The translations under genes and the position numbers were made by a program. A stretch of 64,000 nt of DNA from an uncultured Fibrobacteraceae bacterium (lineage in GTDB: Bacteria > Krumholzibacteriota > Krumholzibacteriia > LZORAL124-64-63), in assembly GCA_964607825.1 (NCBI GenBank), contig CAZSNA010000001.1, forward strand, positions 23,697 through 87,696. Reading direction: 5' to 3'. Shown in pieces: positions 56,525 to 64,000 of the stretch (position 1 is its first letter; the number at the start of each line of letters is the position of its first letter). Under the pieces are notes generated by a model, which did no database searches, was not told the DNA's origin, and saw only the letters and a program-made list of their open reading frames with translations.

Positions 56525-57826
56525 ATGATCCAGTTCAGCGGTATCGCCTCAGGCATGGATACGGGTTCCATCGTGGCCCAGCTCGTGGAGTTGCGCCGGC
56601 AGCCCATCTATCGCCTGGAGAGCAAGAAGACAGGTTACGAGATGCAGAAGGCGGCGTACGCCGACCTGGAGAGCAAGCTCTCCGCCATGCTCTCGACCAT
56701 CAACGACATCGACAGCATCCGCGGCTTCGCGTCCCTGGCCGCCACCTCGAGCGACGAGGACGCGCTGACCGCCTCGGTCGGCGAGCTGGGAGCCCAGGGC
56801 AGCTACGACATCACCATCAACGCCCTGGCCCAGGCCCAGAAGTCCATGACCCAGGGCTTCGACACGCTCAACGACAGCGTGGGCACCGGCACCTTCTCGA
56901 TCACCGTCGGCGGCGAGACCACGGACATCACCCTCGAGGCGGGCGCCAGCGGCCTGAGCGCTCTCGCGGCGGCGATCAACGAATCCGGCGCGGGCGTCAC
57001 GGCGACCGTGCTCTACAACGGCGCCGAGTCCGGCGGCTACCACCTGGTGGTCAGCGCCGAGGAGACCGGCACCGAGTCGGCCTTCACCCTGGACGCCAGC
57101 GGTCTGAGCGGCGGCACCGCCCCCGTCTTCTCGACGACGCAGGAGGCGGCCAACGCCGAGTTCGTCATCGACACCCTCACGGTCACCTCCCAGACCAACG
57201 AGGTGTCGACCGCCATCCAGGGCGTCACCCTGAACCTGGCTGCGGCCGATCCGGCCACCGAGCACCGGCTGGACGTCGGCGTGGACGGCGAGGCCCTGCA
57301 GGAGAAGCTCCAGGCCTTCGTCGACGCCTACAACGACCTGTTCGGCTACATCAACGACCAGAGTTCCGAGGGCTCCACCCTGCGCGGCGACTCGCTCATG
57401 CGGAGCGTCGGGACGCGGGTGCGCATGGCCATGACCCAGTCCCTGAGCGACGCGGACATCACGACGCTCTACCAGGTCGGTCTGCGCCAGCAGGACGACG
57501 GCCTCCTGAGCTTCGACTCGAGCCTGTTCAACGAGGAGCTGGTGGAGGATTACACGGGCGTCCGCGACCTGTTCGTGGGCACGGACACCCACTCGGGCAT
57601 CATCTACTCGCTCGGCCTGTCCCTGGACGACATGACCGACTCGACCGACGGCGTCTTCAAGATCCGCAAGGAGTCGCTCACCGATCGCATGGACGACATC
57701 GACGACCGGATCGAGCGCTACGAGCTGAGCATCGACAAGTACGAGGCGACCATGATCGCCAAGTTCACGGCCATGGAGACGATGATCGCCACCTTGCAGG
57801 CGCAGTCGTCCTACCTGGCCTACTAA
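56525..57826 (+). CDS. fliD: Flagellar filament cap protein FliD (start at MIQFSG; the track ORF starts 19 codons earlier)
   Basis: FliD N-terminal MIQFSGIASGMDTGSIVAQLVELRRQPIYRLESKKTGYEMQKAAY and C-terminal …KFTAMETMIATLQAQSSYLA. SD gggagg before the ATG at 56525. Confidence 0.85.
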   Translation: MIQFSGIASGMDTGSIVAQLVELRRQPIYRLESKKTGYEMQKAAYADLESKLSAMLSTINDIDSIRGFASLAATSSDEDALTASVGELGAQGSYDITINALAQAQKSMTQGFDTLNDSVGTGTFSITVGGETTDITLEAGASGLSALAAAINESGAGVTATVLYNGAESGGYHLVVSAEETGTESAFTLDASGLSGGTAPVFSTTQEAANAEFVIDTLTVTSQTNEVSTAIQGVTLNLAAADPATEHRLDVGVDGEALQEKLQAFVDAYNDLFGYINDQSSEGSTLRGDSLMRSVGTRVRMAMTQSLSDADITTLYQVGLRQQDDGLLSFDSSLFNEELVEDYTGVRDLFVGTDTHSGIIYSLGLSLDDMTDSTDGVFKIRKESLTDRMDDIDDRIERYELSIDKYEATMIAKFTAMETMIATLQAQSSYLAY

Positions 57827-57843
57827 CCCTTCACGGGAGAGAC

Positions 57844-58341
57844 ATGTACTACGACGGCGTCCGCAAGTACCAGGAAAGCAACGTGAGCACCATGAGCCCC
57901 GAGCGCATGATCGTGATGCTCTACGAGGGGATCGTGCGCCACCTCGAGGACGCGCGCGCGGCCATCGCCGCCGGCGACATCGCCGCCAGGGCCCGTGGGC
58001 TGGACAAGGCCCGGGACATCATCTCGGAGCTGAACCACAGCCTCGATCTCGAGGTGGGCGGCGACATCGCCCGCAACCTCTCCGCCCTCTACGGTTTCCT
58101 GGGCCACGAGCTGCTGGAGGCCCGCATCTCCGGCCGCGTCGAGCACGTGGACAACGCCCTGCGCGTGATCCAGCCCGTGCTGGAATCCTGGCGGGCCGTC
58201 AAGCCCGGCGCCGCCGATCGCGCCAGGGCCGAATCGAGCCCCGCCGGCGTCGAGGACGGCCCCGAACTTGCAGCGCCCCCGCAGACCCCTTCGGTCGACG
58301 AGGCCGAACGGACCCGCAAGGACTTCTGCGTGGCGGTGTGA
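57844..58341 (+). CDS. fliS: Flagellin-specific chaperone FliS (with an ~40-aa C-terminal extension)
   Basis: MYYDGVRKYQESNVSTMSPERMIVMLYEGIVRHLEDARAAIAAGDIAARARGLDKARDIISELNHSLD… is classic FliS. Confidence 0.85.
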   Translation: MYYDGVRKYQESNVSTMSPERMIVMLYEGIVRHLEDARAAIAAGDIAARARGLDKARDIISELNHSLDLEVGGDIARNLSALYGFLGHELLEARISGRVEHVDNALRVIQPVLESWRAVKPGAADRARAESSPAGVEDGPELAAPPQTPSVDEAERTRKDFCVAV

Positions 58342-58343
58342 CG

Positions 58344-58672
58344 TGGATCCCGATCTCAACCGACTGATCGCCCTGACCGAGGAGATGTCCGTCGCCTTCG
58401 CGCGCGACGATCTCGACCGGTGCGCCGAACTGCTCGACGCCCGGGGCGGCCTGCTGCGCGATCTGCATGCGCGCTACGGTCCCGGCGGCCCTCTCCCCGT
58501 CCCCGAGGGCCTGCAGCGGGTGCTGGACGAGGTCAACGCCCAGGACCGGGCCCTCGAGGCGCGCCTGACCGGCGCCCTGGCCGAGACGGGTCGTCGTCTC
58601 GGTGACCTGCAGCAGAAGACCCGCCGCGGCGGCGACGGGTCGAGCGGGATCCACCTGAATCGGCGAGCCTAG
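58344..58672 (+). CDS. Small helical protein downstream of fliS (FliT-like position); GTG start
   Basis: ~109 aa, L/A/R/D/E-rich heptads (…[37 protein letters not shown]…[19 protein letters not shown]…), high GC3. The competing minus-strand ORF is Arg/Gly/Pro junk. Confidence 0.35.
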
Positions 58673-58914
58673 TCGGTCTCTTCCTCTTCCTTCTTGTCCT
58701 TGTCCAGGAACTTCTTGGGATCGGGCTGATCCGAATCGGCGGCCTTCATGGTGATGTTCTTGATCTCTTCGTAGATCTCGTGACGGTGGACCGGAATCGA
58801 GCGCGGCGCGTCGATGCCGATCTGGACCTGGTCGCCACGTATATCGACGATCATGATCGAGATGTCGTCCCCGATCATGATCTTCTCGTTGCGCTTGCGG
58901 CTCAGGATTAACAC
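58669..58914 (-). CDS. csrA: Carbon storage regulator CsrA (81 aa, acidic C-terminal tail)
   Basis: [51 protein letters not shown]… is near-invariant CsrA. Tail is …[11 protein letters not shown]. Confidence 0.93.
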   Translation of the reverse strand: MLILSRKRNEKIMIGDDISIMIVDIRGDQVQIGIDAPRSIPVHRHEIYEEIKNITMKAADSDQPDPKKFLDKDKKEEEETD

Positions 58915-58963
58915 GGGACCTCCATGTCTCCGCGGTACTCCAATGGGACCGAACGTCGTGCGG

Positions 58964-59536
58964 TCAGCGCACGTCTACGAGCTCGGCCTCCGGGTCGCGC
59001 ACCGTCGGTTCCGCCGACCCATCCTCATCATATCCACCCGTCATGGCCTTGTCCACCGCTGTTCCGACCACCGTCTCGGGGTGTCCGGCGGCGTAGGCCT
59101 GGCAGGCCTCGCCGAACCTGAGCTGGTTGATCTCGTGTCGCATCCCGTAATGACCGCTCTCGAGGATGCACTGTATCCCCTTGCGGTTCTTCACGTTGAC
59201 GACCAGGGGCGCCGACAGGTTGCCCGTGATCCGCTGTCCGCCGGGGTGGACCGTGGAGATGATCATCACCACGATGTCTTCCACGTCCTCGGCGTTGATG
59301 ACCGCCTGCGAGGCGTCGTCGATCTCGAAACTGTAGGCCTCGGTGTAGAAGCCGGGGTCCGTGATCGGCAGTCGGAAGCCCTCGCGATCCAGGCTCTGGA
59401 GCCATTTCATGGGCAATACGGGCTCCATGTCAACCAGAATCCAGCGCTTAAGCTCCGGCAGGCCGACCAGACCGTTCCGGAACGTCAGCACGTCCTCGGG
59501 CCTGTGGGTGCGGGTCTCTTCGTTCGCCTGGCTCAT
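58964..59536 (-). CDS. fliW: Flagellar assembly factor FliW (CsrA antagonist), with a C-terminal extension
   Basis: …[20 protein letters not shown]…[23 protein letters not shown]…[20 protein letters not shown]… matches the FliW family. fliW-csrA adjacency. Confidence 0.85.
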   Translation of the reverse strand: MSQANEETRTHRPEDVLTFRNGLVGLPELKRWILVDMEPVLPMKWLQSLDREGFRLPITDPGFYTEAYSFEIDDASQAVINAEDVEDIVVMIISTVHPGGQRITGNLSAPLVVNVKNRKGIQCILESGHYGMRHEINQLRFGEACQAYAAGHPETVVGTAVDKAMTGGYDEDGSAEPTVRDPEAELVDVR

Positions 59537-59566
59537 GATCTCTCCTTCGTGAGGCGGCCGCCGCCG

Positions 59567-61117
59567 CTACAGGTAGTCGAACAGGTTCATCTGCAACATC
59601 TCGCTGGAGACTCTCAGGCTGGCCTCGTAGGACACCTCGGCCTGGCGCAGGTCCGAGGTCACCTGGATCAGGTCCGCGTCCCGCACCTCGGCGAGATTGC
59701 GGTTCAGGTTGTAGTCCCGGTCCATGTTCAGGCCTTCCATCCAGTCCAGCATGTTCTCGCGGGCGCCGACCTTCACCTCGAGGGCCAGCAGGTGGTCCTC
59801 GATGGCTTCCAGCTCGCCCAGCGCGCGTTTGACGCCGTCCGAGTCGGCGGCGTCCAGGGCGTCGCGCAGGCTCTCCAGCACGTCGAAGATGCGATGGGGC
59901 GCGCCCGTGCCCAGCAGACCCAGCCGCTGGGCCGTGTCGTCGCCCGTGACCGACCTCACCTCGAACACATCGGCGTTGCTCGAGACGATCTTGACGGAAT
60001 TCTCGCCCAGCTCGAGGGTCAGGGGCGGCAGTCCCGCCGCCGTGACCTGGGCCTCGAAGAGGGTCTTGACGTCGTCCAGGGTGGCGGCGGTGGACAGGTC
60101 GATCAGCGCCGTGGTCCCGTCCAGTACCACCTCCAGGTTTCCCAGGGGCAGACCGCCGACCAGGCTCTCGATATCGACCAGGGCCGTGGTCCAGTCGGGC
60201 GAGAGCCGGATGTCGTGGCCGATCACCACGCCGTCCGCGGCCGTGCCGGTCAGGCCCAGCGAGAGCGCCGTGTCGCCGCCGTCCACGTCCGAGACGGTCA
60301 GGGGGCCGCCGCCGGGATCGGTGAGCGTGATCCCGGTGCCGTCCGCCGAGATGGCGGCCGTCAGGCCCGCGGCGTTCAGGATGTCGAGTATGTCCTGCAC
60401 GGTGCCGGCGCCGGAGAGGTCCACCTCCAGGGGGACGCCCAGGCTGCCGGTCCAGGTGATGGTGCCGGGGGTCCAGCCCTCGCCGTAGCCGATGTCGCTC
60501 AGGGAGTCGGCGCCCGTCAGCCGCGGCGACAGGTCGCCGAAACCGTACAGGCTCGACTCGCTCGAACCCATCAGGTCGCTGCCCGGTATGTTCACCGCCA
60601 TCTCGGTGTTGGGCCCGATCTGCACGTTCATCACGCCCTGGTCGCCCTGGTAGAGCACCTGTCCCCCGCTGTTCACGAAGGCGGCGTGATCGGTGCGGTG
60701 ACCGCCGAAGAGCGAGTTGCCCTCCTGGGTCTGGTTGAGGATGTTCAGGGCCGCCTGGATCATCTGGTCGACCTCTGCGGCGGCGACGCGGCTCGATTCG
60801 ACCGTCCAGGTGGCGTTGAGCTGCTCGCGTCCCGAGTCGCGGGCCTCGCGCATGAGCTCCACCAGGTCCAGCAGGGCCGCGTCGGTCTGCTCCACGAAGG
60901 TGCGGGCGCGGATGATGTTCTCCTGGTACTGGGCGTTCTCCTGGATCAGCAGCTCGTAGCGCTGGATCAGGCCCACCGCCTGCGGGTCGTCGGCGTAGCT
61001 GTTGACGCGACGGCCGGTGGAGACCTGTTCCTGCAGCTCCGTCATGCGTCCCAGGTTGGTGTGGGAGTGACGGTAGATCAGGCTGGCGATCTGTTGGCTC
61101 GTGACGCGGGTCAGCAT
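59567..61117 (-). CDS. flgL: Flagellar hook-associated protein 3 FlgL (516 aa)
   Basis: Flagellin-like N-terminus MLTRVTSQQIASLIYRHSHTNLGRMTELQEQVSTGRRVNSYADDP and C-terminus …EVSYEASLRVSSEMLQMNLFDYL. Confidence 0.85.
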   Translation of the reverse strand: MLTRVTSQQIASLIYRHSHTNLGRMTELQEQVSTGRRVNSYADDPQAVGLIQRYELLIQENAQYQENIIRARTFVEQTDAALLDLVELMREARDSGREQLNATWTVESSRVAAAEVDQMIQAALNILNQTQEGNSLFGGHRTDHAAFVNSGGQVLYQGDQGVMNVQIGPNTEMAVNIPGSDLMGSSESSLYGFGDLSPRLTGADSLSDIGYGEGWTPGTITWTGSLGVPLEVDLSGAGTVQDILDILNAAGLTAAISADGTGITLTDPGGGPLTVSDVDGGDTALSLGLTGTAADGVVIGHDIRLSPDWTTALVDIESLVGGLPLGNLEVVLDGTTALIDLSTAATLDDVKTLFEAQVTAAGLPPLTLELGENSVKIVSSNADVFEVRSVTGDDTAQRLGLLGTGAPHRIFDVLESLRDALDAADSDGVKRALGELEAIEDHLLALEVKVGARENMLDWMEGLNMDRDYNLNRNLAEVRDADLIQVTSDLRQAEVSYEASLRVSSEMLQMNLFDYL

Positions 61118-61134
61118 GGCATCGCTCTCCGGGT

Positions 61135-62508
61135 TCAGACCATGTTCAGGATCGAGTCGAACATGTCCTGGGCCATCGCGATCACCCTCGCGTTGGCGTT
61201 GTAGGCATTCTGGTACAGGGCGAGATTGGCGGCCTCCTCGTCGAGGCTCACGCCGCGGACGCTCTCCAGCCTCATGTCCAGGGCGTCGACCAGCTGCTGC
61301 TGGCCCTCCACCCGGTAGCCGCTGGCCGACGACTCCGCGGCCAGGTCGACCACGATGGCCGTGAAGAGCTCGGTCATGCTCATGCCGTCGGCCACGTCGG
61401 TGTCGCCCTGGCCGAGGGCCGCGATCTCCAGGGCGATGTCGGCGTCGCCGGACAGGTTGGAGCGCGAGGTGGCGATGTGGCTGGGATTGTCCACCAGCCG
61501 GGCGTTGACGGCGATGTCTGCGGCGGTGCTGCCGGTGAAGAACATCAGGCCCCGGCCGCCGTCGCTCAGGCCCTCGGCATGCAGCGCGTTGACCCGGTCG
61601 ACCAGGGTGCCCACCAGCTCGTCGAGCTGGGCGCGGGCGCCGAGAACCTGCTCGTCGCGGGCGATCATCAGCCCCTTGATCAGACCGTCGCCCAGGTTCA
61701 CGTCGAAGCGGCCGTTCTTGACGCTGATCTCCACGCGGCCCGGCTCCAGGTCCTCCCCCGGCGCCACGCTCACCTCCAGGTGCTCCACATGGTCGCGGGT
61801 GACCAGGGTGCGGCCCGAGAGGATCACGTCCAGCGTGCCGTCCGAGCGCTCCTCGATATCGACCCGCGCCAGCTCCGTCAGCTCGGACAGCAGGGCGTCC
61901 CGGTGGTCGCGCAGGTCGTTGGCGGGGGTGCCCGAACTCTCGGCCGCCACGATCTGGCGGTTGTAGTCGCCCACCGCGGTCAGCAGCTGGTTCATCTGCC
62001 CCACGCCCGCCACGATCTGGTCGTCCAGGTCCTGGGCCAGATTCATCAGGTTGGCGTCCATGGCGTTCAGGTCCAGCACCAGGCGCTCGGCGCTGCCCAG
62101 CACCTCCTCACGCAGCACGGGATCGTGGGACGGCGTCGCCAGGGTGCTCCAGGCCGTGAAGAACTGGGTCATGGCATCGCCCAGGTGGTTGTTCTCCACC
62201 GAGCCGAAGATCATCTCCACGTTGCTCAAGGCCAGGTTCTCGGAGTCGTACTGGGCCAGCAGCGAGGACTGGTCTCGGCGCTGGGCCACCAGGAAGTTGT
62301 CGGTCTGGCGGCTGACGTCCACGATCTGGGTGCCGCTGCCCAGCAGGCCGTAGGCGGTCAGGACGCCCGGCGTGCTGCCGGACAGGGCCCGCTGCCGCGA
62401 GAAGCCCGGCGTGGCGGCGTTGGCGATGTTGTGGCTGGTCGTCTGCATGGACGCGCCGGCCGCGAACATGCCCGTCAAGCCGATCTGCAGGATGTTGTTC
62501 AGGCTCAT
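61135..62508 (-). CDS. flgK: Flagellar hook-associated protein 1 FlgK
   Basis: N-terminal MSLNNILQIGLTGMFAAGASMQTTSHNIANAATPGFSRQ and C-terminal …EEAANLALYQNAYNANARVIAMAQDMFDSILNMV. Confidence 0.9.
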   Translation of the reverse strand: MSLNNILQIGLTGMFAAGASMQTTSHNIANAATPGFSRQRALSGSTPGVLTAYGLLGSGTQIVDVSRQTDNFLVAQRRDQSSLLAQYDSENLALSNVEMIFGSVENNHLGDAMTQFFTAWSTLATPSHDPVLREEVLGSAERLVLDLNAMDANLMNLAQDLDDQIVAGVGQMNQLLTAVGDYNRQIVAAESSGTPANDLRDHRDALLSELTELARVDIEERSDGTLDVILSGRTLVTRDHVEHLEVSVAPGEDLEPGRVEISVKNGRFDVNLGDGLIKGLMIARDEQVLGARAQLDELVGTLVDRVNALHAEGLSDGGRGLMFFTGSTAADIAVNARLVDNPSHIATSRSNLSGDADIALEIAALGQGDTDVADGMSMTELFTAIVVDLAAESSASGYRVEGQQQLVDALDMRLESVRGVSLDEEAANLALYQNAYNANARVIAMAQDMFDSILNMV

Positions 62509-62517
62509 CTCGTCTCC

Positions 62518-63054
62518 TCAGGCCTGCTTGACGATGACGCCGGCGCAGGCGCCGCTCGCCTCGCCGCCGCGGGCGTCGTAACAGCCGTCCTTGCCGCTCA
62601 CGCCGCGACGGAGGATGTCGGCCTCGGCGCCCACCATGTCCAGACAGAAATCGGCCAGCAGCCCGTTCAGGGCGTTCTGGCGCATGAGTTCACCGGTCGT
62701 CTTCTCCCACGCGCGCAGGTCGGCGCGCAGGGCGCGTCCGGTCTCGCCCGTGGTGCTCCGCGCCAGACGGCTCATGCGGAGCTCGTCCGTCCCGATGCCG
62801 TGGCGGCGGCCCAGCTCCAGCAGATAGGTCTCGCGGGCGCGGCGCGCGTCCTCGGCCACGGGCAGCCGGTCGGTCCAGGTGGCGACGACCTCGGCCAGGT
62901 GCACCACGTCCTGGCTGCGCAGCCACTCGTTCTGATGCTGCGCCAGCTCCAGCAGCTCGCCGTAGGCCCGCGCTTCGGCCCTCAGCAGGGCCCGCAGGTT
63001 GTCGGCCTCGGCTCTCGAGAGAGGAGCTGTGGTGCGCTGGGTCGGGGTCGTCAT
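62518..63054 (-). CDS. FlgN-family-like protein (putative FlgK/FlgL chaperone), 178 aa
   Basis: …ADNLRALLRAEARAYGELLELAQHQNEWLRSQDVVHLAEVVATW…LLELGRR… has the FlgN-like heptad pattern. Located immediately upstream of flgK as in flgN-flgK-flgL operons. Confidence 0.45.
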   Translation of the reverse strand: MTTPTQRTTAPLSRAEADNLRALLRAEARAYGELLELAQHQNEWLRSQDVVHLAEVVATWTDRLPVAEDARRARETYLLELGRRHGIGTDELRMSRLARSTTGETGRALRADLRAWEKTTGELMRQNALNGLLADFCLDMVGAEADILRRGVSGKDGCYDARGGEASGACAGVIVKQA

Positions 63055-63071
63055 GATGTCGTCTCCGTGTC

Positions 63072-63950
63072 TCAGGGCGCGAAGCCCAGGCTCGGGTTTC
63101 CGTCCAGGTCGCCGTACATGGCGCCCACCTTCTGCACGTAGGTGCGGGTCTCGGCGAAGTCCGGCACCACGTCGCCCGCACGTCGCACGTTGCCGGGGCC
63201 GGCGTTGTACGCGGCCAGCACCAGATCCAGGTCGCCGCCGAACTGCTCGCGCATGCGGGCCAGGTAGCGGACGCCGCCGCGGATGTTCTGGACGGGGTCG
63301 AAGGGATCGTCCACGCCCATCTCGGCGGCCGTGCCCGGCATGAGCTGCATCAGGCCCTGGGCGCCGGCCCGGGAGACGGCGTCCGGCCGTCCGCCCGATT
63401 CCTGGACCATGACCGCCAGCACCAGCTCCGGCGCCAGGTCGTGGTCGCGGGCCGCGGCCTCGATCTCGGGTCCCCAGCGACGCAGGGTGTCGGCCGCGGC
63501 GCCGCCCAGGGCATGGGCCCGCTCCGTCAGGCCGCTGGTGTCCCGCCGAGGCGCGCGTCGATCGGCGTCCGCATAGGCCGCCAGGGCGCGGTCGATCTCG
63601 GGCCCCAGCCGGCTCGTCGCGGGCAGCGGCGCGAAGGTGTCGACCGGCAGCGCGCCGCCGGTGCGGTCGTCCGGGATCGGCGCCATGCCCGGCCCGTCCC
63701 GGGTGTCGGGGGCCCCGTCGCCGTTCACGTAGGGCTCGTACTGGCGGGTCACCATCTCGGCGATGCCGAGTCCGCCTGAACCGCCGATGCGGTCGGCCAT
63801 GGCCTCGTCCAGCATCTGCTTGTAGGTGTCCATCTCGCCGCCGCCGGTCAGCTCCGAGGTGGGCACGGTCTGCCGCATGGTCTTCATGAGCGTCTGCACG
63901 AACAGGGACTCGAAGTGCTCGGCGGCCTGGTGGAGCTTCGACAGACGCAC
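63072..63950 (-). CDS. flgJ: FlgJ-like protein: N-terminal rod-binding domain fused to a C-terminal SLT lytic transglycosylase domain (N-terminus may extend beyond the called GTG or past the window end)
   Basis: Rod-binding motif …KLHQAAEHFESLFVQTLMKTMRQ…. SLT core …LVLAVMVQESGGRPDAVSRAGAQGLMQLMPGTAAEMG…LAAYNAGPGNV. The open frame continues upstream (…APPSAPDLPGGPDARE) to the window edge without a canonical start. Confidence 0.7.
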   Translation of the reverse strand: MRLSKLHQAAEHFESLFVQTLMKTMRQTVPTSELTGGGEMDTYKQMLDEAMADRIGGSGGLGIAEMVTRQYEPYVNGDGAPDTRDGPGMAPIPDDRTGGALPVDTFAPLPATSRLGPEIDRALAAYADADRRAPRRDTSGLTERAHALGGAAADTLRRWGPEIEAAARDHDLAPELVLAVMVQESGGRPDAVSRAGAQGLMQLMPGTAAEMGVDDPFDPVQNIRGGVRYLARMREQFGGDLDLVLAAYNAGPGNVRRAGDVVPDFAETRTYVQKVGAMYGDLDGNPSLGFAP

Positions 63951-64000
63951 CTCGCGCGCGTCGGGACCGCCCGGCAGGTCCGGCGCGGACGGCGGCGCGG

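Overview
This window is high-GC (~70%) bacterial chromosome with two parts, and nearly every gene is on the minus strand.

Part 1 (1-24 kb) is a co-directional housekeeping block: trmFO (partial), topA, a small unknown gene, secA, a COG0170-like membrane protein, an Slt70-like lytic transglycosylase, an InhA-like M6 metalloprotease with a T9SS-type C-terminal sorting domain, guaA, purH, purC, comEC and a GGDEF diguanylate cyclase. An MltD-like lipoprotein (+) and a PorV/FadL-like outer-membrane barrel follow.

Part 2 (24-64 kb) is a nearly complete flagellar regulon.
- A FleQ-like sigma54 activator.
- A ~22.6 kb co-directional cluster, sigA/fliA at the low end and flgB at the high end: fliA, flhF, flhA, flhB, fliR, fliQ, fliP, fliO, fliN, fliM, fliL, motB, motA, flbD, flgE, flgD, fliK, a ylxF/MotE-like gene, fliJ, fliI, fliH, fliG, fliF, fliE, flgC, flgB. 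Transcribed from flgB to fliA this is the Firmicutes/spirochaete gene order, with several unknown small genes and no flhG.
- Upstream of flgB: a FlgN-family gene and a sigma54-controlled unknown gene.
- A sigma54-dependent two-component pair (FleS/FleR-like) preceded by flgM.
- A divergent sigma28-driven fliC-fliD-fliS-(fliT-like) unit.
- A convergent flgJ(SLT-fused)-flgN-flgK-flgL-fliW-csrA operon.

From sequence alone I recognise sigma28 promoters for fliC and flgM, sigma54 promoters in front of fliP, fliA and an unknown gene upstream of flgB, and several terminators and hairpins. I saw no rRNA, tRNA, CRISPR array or obvious mobile element. The many long plus-strand ORFs antisense to these genes are GC-driven artefacts.
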